Shown: in pieces, positions 12,901 to 23,000 of the stretch
How positions within the stretch are numbered: the stretch's first letter is position 1
Layout: each line of letters opens with the position of its first letter
From: Ylistrum balloti
Lineage: Eukaryota
Length of the DNA: 64,000 nucleotides
Assembly (NCBI RefSeq): GCF_031769215.1
Contig: NW_026782091.1
Span: forward strand, 1,054,001-1,118,000
Direction of reading: 5' to 3'
Notes under the pieces: model-generated
Databases searched by the model: none
The model's input: the letters and a program-made list of their open reading frames with translations, nothing else
What the model was told of the DNA's origin: nothing
Translations under genes and position numbers: made by a program

Positions 12901-15900
12901 CCCTCCCTTCATTCAACAAAATACAGGACTCTTCACCTGACATGTCTCCCTCCCTTCATTCAACATAATACATGACTCTTCACCTGACATGTCTCCATCC
13001 CTTCATTCAACATAACACATGACTCTTCACCATGTCTCCCTCCCTTCATTCAACATAATACATGACTCTTCACCTGATATGTCTCCCTCCCTTCATTCAA
13101 CATAATACATGACTCTTCACCTGATATGTCTCCCTCCCTTCATTCAACATAATACATGACTCTTCACCTGATATGTCTCCCTCCCTTCATTCAACATAAT
13201 ACATGACTTCATTCAACACTCTTCACCTGATATGTCTCCCTCCCTTCATTCAACATAATACTCTTCACCTGATATGTCTCCTCCCATTCAACATTCATTC
13301 AACATAACACATCTCCCTCCCTTCATTCAACATAATACATGACTCTTCACCTGATATGTCTCCCTCCCTTCATTCAACATAATACATGACTCTTCACCTG
13401 ATATGTCTCCCTCCCTTCATTCAACATAATACATGACTCTTCACCTGATATGTCTCCCTCCCTTCATTCAACATAATACACGACTCTTAACCTGACGTGT
13501 CTCCCTCCCTTCATTCAACATAACACATGACTCTTCACCTGATATGTCTCCCTCCCTTCATTCAACATAATACATGACTCTTCACCTGATATGTCTCCCT
13601 CCCTTCATTCAACATAATACACGACTCTTCACCTGATATGTCTCCCTCCCTTCATTCAACATAATACACGACTCTTCACCTGATATGTCTCCCTCCCTTC
13701 ATTCAACATAATACATGACTCTTCACCTGATATGTCTCCCTCCCTTCATTCAACATAATACATGACTCTTCACCTGACATGTCTCCCTCCCTTCATTCAA
13801 CATAATACATGACTCTTCACCTGACATGTCTCCCTCCCTTCATTCAACATAATACACAACTCTTCACCTGATTTGTCTCCCTCCCTTCATTCAACATAAT
13901 ACATGACTCTTCACCTGACATGTCTCCCTCCCTTCATTCAACATAATACAGGACTCTTCACCTGACGTGTCTCCCTCATTCATTCAACATAATACATGAC
14001 TCTTCACCTGATATGTCTCCCTCCCTTCATTCAACATAATACATGACTCTTCACCTGACATGTCTCCCTCCCTTCATTCAACATAATACATGACTCTTCA
14101 CAACATAATGACATGTCTTCACCTGACGTGTCTCCCCATTCATTCAACATTACATTCAACATTCAACATAATACACGACTCTTCACCTGATATGTCTCCC
14201 TCCCTTCATTCAACATAACACATGACTCTTCACCTGATATGTCTCCCTCCCTTCATTCAACATAACACATGACTCTTCACCTGACGTGTCTCCCTCCCTT
14301 CATTCAACATAATACACGACTCTTCACCTGATATGTCTCCCTCCCTTCATTCAACATAATACATGACTCTTCACCTGATATGTCTCCCTCCCTTCATTCA
14401 ACATCAACAGTCTCCCTCCCTTCATTCAACATAATACACGACTCTTCACCTGACGTGTCTCCCTCCCTTCATTCAACAAAATACATGACTCTTCACCTGA
14501 CATGTCTCCCTCCCTTCATTCAACATAATACATGACTCTTCACCTGACGTGTCTCCCTCCCTTCATTCAACTGACTCTTCACCTGACATGTCTCCCTCCC
14601 TTCATTCAACATAATACACGACTCTTCACCTGACGTGTCTCCCTCCCTTCATTCAACATAATACAAGACTCTTCACCTGATTTGTCTCCCTTCATTCATT
14701 CAACATAATACTCGACCCTTCACCTGATTTGTCGTGGACGTGGAGAAAATTGATCAATGCTGGAAGTAGTTGTAATTCATAAACAGCTAAACTGCCACAC
14801 TGACCACACACTAGCGTTCTGGCCATTTTGGGGTCAGGCCGAGAAATGTACCATGGATTTCCATTCCAATGATACCTGTAAATACATGTAAAAATGCCTA
14901 GAGAGATACCAGATCATTTCATAGAAATCTTACAGCATATTTAATGACTGTCTATTTCAAAGGCTTTATCATTAGTATATAAAATCTTATTCTACGTCTT
15001 ACAGACAGACAGTTCATGATATTGTTAAAAATTCCCCAGAAAACAAACAGAAGAGGTGTCTTCTCATATCCAACCTAATATTAGGAGAATGGTCTACCCT
15101 TATAAAAACAAAAATTTATCTTTACAAATTTATACAAAAGTGAAATGCATATATACGAGTGTTAATACTTTTCTATCTTGTACACATCATCATATACCTA
15201 AAGTTGTTGTTAAGTCTCAAACACAAAGGACAGAGGTGGAACCAACCCTAGCCATACTACATCGCTTCCACATAAAATAGACTAACATTCACAGTTTATA
15301 TTATCGCGCGTTGGACAACCCTCCTGTCCATACGAGAAAAAATATGGGAAAATAGATAGCTTAAAATGTACTTCTGACTTACCGTACACAAAGCTGAGGA
15401 CAAACTGCTATTCTCTTGGTAAACTTGTAAAAATATTTGTCACCGTGGGCTACTTGATCCTCTTCATATGCTTCAGCACCTCCTTTGAACCTTTAAATAA
15501 ATCAAGAGTGTAGACCAACAATTATTATAACTTCATTGACTAATAAAAGCTCATAACAAATAAACCAATACATATTTTATCAAATTATACAAAAAAGCTC
15601 CAATGTAAAGAGAACTTGACTGAGGACATAGAGAGAGTAGATGCACTAGGACATTTTTTCTTCTTTTCAAATTACACATTTTAGACTGGTGACCACAGAG
15701 GATCAGTCATGTAGAAGGCATACAAAATATTCATTTCATCCAAAAGTGAGAATACTTTTATAAGGTTCATATATTTTTTTCTCTGATTAAAGAAGATGCT
15801 GAATGAAGACATTGTTTCCACTACCTACCCCTTCTTACTTTCAGGTAAAGGTTCGACGATGCCACCTTCATATTGTTTTCACTACCTACCCCTTCTTACT

Positions 15901-18900
15901 TTCAGGTAAAGGTTCGACGATGCCACCTTCATGTTGTTTTCACTACCTACCCCTTCTTACTTTCAGGTAAAGGTTCGACGATGCCACCTTCATTTTGTTT
16001 TCACTACCTACCCCTTCTTACTTTCAGGTAAAGGTTCGACGATGCCACCTTCATATTGTTCTCATTACATACCCCGTCTTACTTTCAGGTAAAGGTTCGA
16101 CGATGCCACCTCCATATTGTTTTCACTACCTACCCCTTCTTACTTTCAGGTAAAGGTTCGACGATGCCACCTTCATATTGTTTTCACTACCTACCCCTTC
16201 TTACTTTCAGGTAAAGGTTCGACGATGCCACCTTCATATTGTTCTCACTACCTACCCCTTCTTACTTTCAGGTAAAGGTTCGAAGATGCCACCTTCATTT
16301 TGTTTTCACTACCTACCCCTTCTTACTTTCAGGTAAAGGTTCGACGATGCCACCTTCATATTGTTTTCACTACCTACCCCTTCTTACTTTCAGGTAAAGG
16401 TTCGACGATGCCACCTTCACATTGTTTCCACTACCTACCCCTTCTTACTTTCAGGTAAAGGTTCGACGATGCCACCTTCATTTTGTTCATAGTTACGGAG
16501 TAGTTCTTGTATATGACCGTTGTTCTCTTCCACTGTTTCATGTTCATTAAAGACACTGATGTAAAAGGATTCAAAAACAAGTCCTTCGTTCCTATGGAAA
16601 CACTCCGCAGAGTTGCTTTGACCTTGAACTTGGGTGTTTTGACCTTCACTTTTCCTCACAAGTAAGTTCATCATTTCTTCCACACCTTGTTCAGTTACTT
16701 TCAAAGCAATGCTGTCTGTGTCCATGATAATATTGGAATCAGTTTTTTCAGAATAACAGCTTTCATCAAAATCACAAACATTAAGCTGTGCCATTTCTCC
16801 CAGGAGATCATTCCCTCCTTCTGTCAGTAATACCTCAGTCTTATCTTGACTATCACTGGAATGACATGACATTTTGGATAAATTTTCATCATCTCCTGCT
16901 CCAGGCCCTACCAAAGCATCTCTAAAACTTGTCCCAAGGTCATGACCTTTATCAGCACCTGACCTCTCAACTCTGACCTCAGTCTCATTGGATGTGTTTC
17001 CTGTCATGACGTCAGCATTCTCTGACCACGAATCATCCATCCCAGTTTCCAAGTCTTCTGCATCATCCCCCCAGTCATCAGCAGCTACGCCCCAATCATC
17101 AAATGCAGCACTCTGCTTTACTTTCTCTGGCTTTTCAGTCTTTGTAATAAAACTATCATCCAACTTCTGAGATCTCAGAACTGTCCAACTAAAATTATAA
17201 ATTCAACTCAAAGGATATGTGTCAACAACTCAGAATATTAGGTTCCTCCTGCAATGTATCAAATTTCAGGCCCCCTCCAAGATATTCCCTGATTTCACTC
17301 TAAGATGCAGTAATATGTAACAAGAGGGCCATGGGCCTTAACAGTCTCCTGACGTTCCCTCATAGTTATTAAGGAGAATTTGTTTAAATAATTTTTCAGG
17401 TATTTGACACCTATGACTTTGAAATAAGGTCAAGGTCATTAATTTGAACAGAGTTGGTAGACATATATTCCAGCATGATGCAGAACAAATATCAAGTACT
17501 TGGTTGGACCTCTTGGTTATTGAGGAGAAGTCATTACAAGATTTTAACACATTTGACCCTTGAGACCTTGAAAGTAGGTCAAGGTCATTCATTTGAACTT
17601 GGTAGCACTTCATCCCAGTAGTTACGGACCAAATACCATGACTCTGGTCCCTTTAGTTATTGAAAAGAAGTCGAAAATGTAAATTGTTTACCATGCACAA
17701 TGCCAGACAAATGGTGATCGCAATAGACTTTGTCTCAGGTAACCTAAAAATTCGGAAAATAATGAGAGAAATAACCTTAGACTATGTGATGCAGTCAATA
17801 GCAATTTTACTTAAAACAAATATTGATTCCCTGCACTAGTACAAATGGGCCCAGAGGACAAATAAAACCTACCTGTCTTGTTTTCCCCAACAGACATTGT
17901 TGTGACAGGAAAAGAGATAAAGTGTTCTATGGTATGGAGAGCAATCTAAAGGACAGTACAGCTGAGCAGCAAGGGACATAACTCTACTACAGCTTCGACA
18001 TGTTGGTATTTGACTTCCTGGAATAATCCAATCCTGTAAGAAGACAAAAAGAAACTTCAATCCAAATTAATGCCTTGTTCCTCACTCCAGAATTTCTGCT
18101 TTCTAATTCATGTCTCATAAAAGATTAAGTCAATTCATTCAAGGATGTCATCAAAATATTTTCATCAATGTAATAAAGGTAGTAACATCAAGAAAGCAAT
18201 TATAAATTTGTATCAAATCAAAAGTACAAATGGTTATTAATCGCAACAAGCTCGTGGATAAGTTAATTTTTCATTACTGGTATGTCAACTGGTGTTGCCC
18301 CCACAGCGTTTATCACACATATCTAAAACACCATTAATAACAATGTTGTCCTGCAGGCCATATTAATTATAAGAGAATACAACCTCTTTACACGATAAAT
18401 TGTCCTTTAAAAGTTTGTAGAACTGAGTTTCTGCCAGTCATTTCTGTATATTGTTTATATAAAGCATGTAATGTCTCACTGATTGGTAAATTCATCAATG
18501 ATGAAAAGTGATAATAATTTCAAATCTGGTTGCTCTAAATTAAGTATAAGTGCAGCATCATTGAACAATCACTGGTGTCACTATAACATGTGACAAGACA
18601 AAATTCCTTTCAGAAATAAAATATCAGTCCAATGTATAGATTTCTGTCCATCAAAATGTCTGTCATTCATGTCTAAACCTTGGAAACTAGAGCAAAACAA
18701 TTGTATGTATGGGAGTCTGGTAAATACTAGCTGCAATATACCGCTCAGCTAGAAAGAACTCCTAATTAGCTTGACTGGTTCAACATCAGACAAGTCAGGC
18801 ACAGATTTCTGGGTTCAAATTCTAGTGGAGGCATTGAAATAAATGATAATCATTGTTATATATATTATTTTAAGAACAATGTTCATTGTTTCTAGATGAC

Positions 18901-19884
18901 CTGAATAAATTGACCTGGTTATAGCCCATCATCAGTCAAGTGGAATAATGTTGTTATCTAATACAGCGACATATACTGGCATTATATAAATACAGTATGC
19001 ACCAGGTATCATTTATGTTATCATACTTTTTTTATGAAATACTTAACACATGTGTGCTCTTAATAACGGGAAGTAAATTTGATCCATTGATATTTGTGTT
19101 GTATTTTACAATCAAAATTATTGCACAAACAGCCACGATGATTTACTGCTGTTTGAAAGGGAGATAACTTCATAACACAGTTAAAAAGTTTCAGGCATTC
19201 CCCTCTGTTCACATGAGGACCTTCACTATGATCTATCTACCAAGCTTTCACTGCCATCTTTCAGGCTACAAAATCAGGTAAGTGCATTTGAAAGATGGGG
19301 TGCTACATTGACTTTCTCTGCTTGACAGAAAATTGGAGGCATCCTGCCACAGGATGGATAAAATTTTCAGGGTTGCAGAAGACAGCTCCTAATATTTTCA
19401 ACTGACAGCCAATTCAGTGAAGTTGTTGGCACTGATGTGAATCAAAGCATCTTAAGAAAGTTTATAGTACATTTTGGTCTTGTCCATATAGAACTGATTG
19501 TAGAGGGCCCTCGTCAATGGTAGTGGTTCCTCTTCCATCTCCTCTGCTAGCCCCTCTGTCTGAGGCAAACATCAGTCTCAGACCTAGTCTCAATCTCAAC
19601 CCTGATCTGATCTCAGGGGAGGGACTTCTAGACATCATAACCTTTGCGACTGTTTGTACTGTCTCGACGACGGTTATGTTCCCACATGTTCACATCATAT
19701 TGCAACATTTTGCATTTGACAGACGAGGTTGTTAACAGCGATGTTTTATATTTCTTATATTTTGTTTCACGGTTTCAGACACCACTTTCTTAACACTTAC
19801 TGGGAGTCCTCCAATTTTGTTTGTAGTGAAATCAGTTGTCCTACCGGCGACTTTTTCGTCTGGAATACCAAGTAGAGATGACAT
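9966..19884 (-). CDS. PDCD2L: Programmed cell death protein 2-like, 461 aa; coding exons 19884-19801, 18033-17873, 17188-16439, 15490-15383, 14875-14724, 10096-9966
   Basis: Six GT-AG exons join in frame (phases 0,2,2,2,1). Motifs match PDCD2L: LLGIPD...KIGGLPDW, CRSC...QLYCPLDCSPYHRTLYLFSC, SWTVLRSQ, DDWG..ADDW, YE...GDKYFYKFTKRIAVCPQLCVRYHWNGNP, CGQCG..VYELQLLPAL, IEFGTVIVYSCQGSCW...VQPDPD. The exon-3 donor could alternatively lie 10 nt upstream (GAAA|GTAAGA). Confidence 0.93.
10440..11021 (-). mobile_element. Non-autonomous Helentron/HINE-like element in PDCD2L intron 5
   Basis: Termini are AACAAGAGATCTCAGAGGGATCTTG and GGACCAGGTGAACTAAAA, with internal duplicated GAAATTTGAGA..GATC...TACTTCTCAAGAAAT units. 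Confidence 0.55.
11323..14733. repeat. 47-bp minisatellite, about 72 copies (3.4 kb), starting at the PDCD2L exon 5 donor
   Basis: The unit GACTCTTCACCTGA(C/T)ATGTCTCCCTCCCTTCATTCAACATAATACAT is read directly, with 43-bp variants and a few scrambled units. Confidence 0.97.
15811..16487. repeat. 61-bp tandem repeat, 11 copies, spanning the PDCD2L exon 3 / intron 3 junction
   Basis: CTACCTACCC recurs at 15821, 15882 ... 16431 (610 bp = 10 x 61). The last copy is the true exon end. Confidence 0.97.
17319..17750 (-). mobile_element. Non-autonomous Helentron/HINE-like element in PDCD2L intron 2
   Basis: Termini are AACAAGAGGGCCATGGGCCTT and CAGGTAACCTAAAAA, with internal duplicated TGA...AGGTCAAGGTCATT units. 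Confidence 0.6.
18764..18838 (+). mobile_element. Degenerate tRNA-derived SINE head
   Basis: An A-box-like TAGCTTGACTGGTT and a B-box-like GGGTTCAAATTC at tRNA-like spacing; no intact cloverleaf. Confidence 0.35.
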
Positions 19885-20094
19885 TTTCCCCCACGTGAGT
19901 TTTTGAGCACGACTAATATTATCCAATCAGAACATAGTATATATTCTTATCTTTTAATTTGACCAATCACTGATATCTTTGTATTCATTTCGGAAATTTT
20001 CTATTTACTTCCGCAAGGTGCACGTTTAGGGGAGTTAGACACTACTTGGACTGTTTTTGATAAAATGTAGATAAAAAAGGAACTGTTTTAAGCT
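19885..20094. promoter_or_regulatory. Bidirectional promoter shared by PDCD2L and mLST8
   Basis: Only 210 bp separate the divergent ATGs. It contains CCAATCA twice (19923, 19963), an ETS core ACTTCCG (20007) and an E-box CACGTG (19892). Confidence 0.75.
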
Positions 20095-23000
20095 ATGAGC
20101 GGGTCTAACGGTAACACGGACCCCGTGATCTTGGCCACTGCTGGATATGATCATACGATCAGGTTCTGGCAGGCCCACAGTGGAATATGTTACCGAACTG
20201 TGCAGCATCCCGACTCTGTATCCTTCATTTAGTCCGGTCTACCTAATGAGAGTTGTTTATTATAATTTTAGTGATTGATTTAGCTTGTCGACTGTTTTCA
20301 GTTCTTGTTTGAATAATTATGCTTGAAACAAATCATATCGTTTCGGTAAATGATTATTTTTTTTTTATTTTAAGATAGCTGCTTCCCATATCAGTACTGG
20401 TATTAACATAATTAAAAGTTGTAATATGCAGAATTATAAACTTAACATTTTGCAGCAAGTCAATGCATTGGAAATAACACCAGACAAACAACTGATAGCT
20501 GCAGCAGGTATTATGAACTTCATTTAAAATCATAAGATTTAAGATCTTATTTTTACTGACGATTAAGATCCAGTTACGAGTGGTTTACAATAGTAAAAAC
20601 GGAAACTATTTATACTTGGAGAGCATTGAACAATGTGCTTGTGCTCAGCTGATATGAAATATCCATGTTAATTACAATTACTGTCAATTGTTATTCATGA
20701 TGCATTTATAGCTGAATTTAAATAGGTCAGTCATGTAATAAATCTAGTTTTTAGTCATTTAATACAATATATTTGTGTGACTTAAAAAAGCTTTACTTAT
20801 GTATTTTTCTGTTGTAGGTTATCAACATATACGTATGTATGATCTTAACTCAAACAATCCTAATCCAGTCATTAACTATGAGGGAATTTCCAAAAACATT
20901 ACTGGTGTTGGATTTCAGGAGGAGGGGAAATGGATGTACACTGGTGGTGAAGATAACAACGTCCGTATCTGGGACCTTAGGTAATCAAAATATCACTCGG
21001 ATAAATTGAGATCATGTAGCTTTCAACCATCATGGTCATTTTGGGGAATTATAACTAACAGTTTCAATTTGCAGAGTGTCCTATTCAGACCAGTAAACGA
21101 AGGGTTATGGGTTTGATCCTGAAGGGAAGAAACTGAAAAAGGAGAATTTCTCTTTCTCATTGTAAATAAACTGTTGATTTCTAAATGGTTTTTAGTCTGT
21201 AGTAAACCATTTTTTTGATAGACATCAATATTAAAACATCAATATATCTTAAAATAAAATTTCAAGTCGCGTTCAAGTCACATCTTGGCTAAAATGTTCT
21301 GACTCTTCAAAATGTCGCTAAAAGGCAAAGTGGCATACCATATACGGGGTGGTCGTAATACTGAAGCGACCAATACAAAGATATATAGTGGAAAAAAATG
21401 GGACTGAAAAAAAGTGCCCGTAATAGCGGGGCGGTCGTAATTTTGAGGTGGTCGTTAGGCGAGGTTTCACTGTATAGTAATTGAAGCAACAAGTCTGAAA
21501 GAAATGGGTCTGTAGGATAAAATGCTCATCATTTTCCCTCAAAATAAAAGCAGTATTTAAATGCAATTTGAACTCAAAATAATGACACAAATATTGGCCA
21601 ATAAAAAAATACTAGGAAAAATGCATCCATTAAAAAAATCAGGAAGCTTACAATGGTATGGCAGAGTAGTAATCGTCAAACCATTGAAATGCTTACATAA
21701 ATGATACATTGCAGTTTAATTAGGAACTGGGAATGATGTTATTGATGTGGAACTAAGGCTTTAGAGAAATTACTTTGTGCAATATATTTTGTTCAGATCC
21801 AGAAATCAACAATGCCAAAGACTTTTTCAAGTGAATGCTCCAATCAATTGTGTCTGTCTACACCCAAACCAGGTATGGATAAGTAGTCTATTATCGTTAA
21901 AGGGAGGTAAATTATTTAAAATCTAAACATTAAACATTTGAAAAATATATCATGTTATATTACATTAAAAGTAAAGAATGTGCTATTCTTCAGCAATTAC
22001 CAGTATATTATCATCAACATTTTTATCCGGTATTTTCTGAATATCGAGAGATCAACATTTTTGATACTATTTTTAGTCCTATATGTATTCACTTAGATGA
22101 TGTTGGTGAAATATTTCAAAAATTATTTTCTCAACACATCAGCTTACTGATTTTTTGAAATACCAGCTGAATGAACTAGGATAATTTACATCAAGTGTGA
22201 TAATAAGACACTGTGGCAAGTGACAAAGCCTCTTGTTAGTCGACCAGGTCCTAAGGATGGAAGATGCTATATCATGGCTACATATGCTTACTGATTTTAC
22301 TTTCTTTTAAGGGAGAACTTTTTATTGGAGATCAGAGTGGTTCCATCCATATATGGGATTTAAAGACTAACAATAATGAACAGCTGGTAAGTAGTTCTGT
22401 TTGTTCTGTGTAACTTTTTCATTTTCTTTTCTTTTTTTAAGTCACCTGAAACAAAGTCTCGTGTTACTTTCTTGATTGTTCTTTCTCTGCTGTTGTTTGT
22501 TCATTGTAAAACAATGTTGTTTTTCTTGGATTCTGATGCATGTGATTAATATATATAGATGTAATTGAAAGAAGTAACAAAAAACACAGTTCCTAGCTGC
22601 TAGGGTTTGAATTGGGGCTATAGCTTGAATTGTTCATTGTGGTTCTCACCTCCACCAATACTGATGATTCTGGTGAGGCTATAGTGACCCTTTCGTCTAG
22701 AAAGGTGACCTTTGAGTACCTTCAATTTCTACGACACCCAGTATCAGTAGGACTCAGCAGTATAAAACCTACACTTTGTATTTTAGAACTAATTGTGTGT
22801 GGTGCTCAAACAAAGCTATGAACTGATGGAATGTTACTGGGCAATATTGTGTAATTCAGGTATTTTAAAAGCATCAGATAAACAAGCAATAATAACTGAT
22901 CATTGATGTTGAACACATGAAAATATTCAACAGATCTATGAGAGGTAACTACTTCAAACCTTCAGCGGCCTTTAACTGGGCACTACACTGCCAAAGGTGC

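Noticed and set aside
11323-16487. CRISPR-like appearance or recursive-splicing role of the regular arrays
   Set aside because: Units are contiguous with no unique spacers, and the context is eukaryotic. The AG|GT motifs lack an upstream pyrimidine tract, so recursive splicing is unsupported.
18280-19400. Faint resemblance to a tyrosine-recombinase (DIRS/Crypton) remnant on the minus strand of PDCD2L intron 1
   Set aside because: Only scattered partial matches across many stops and frameshifts; no clean catalytic motif. It needs a profile search.
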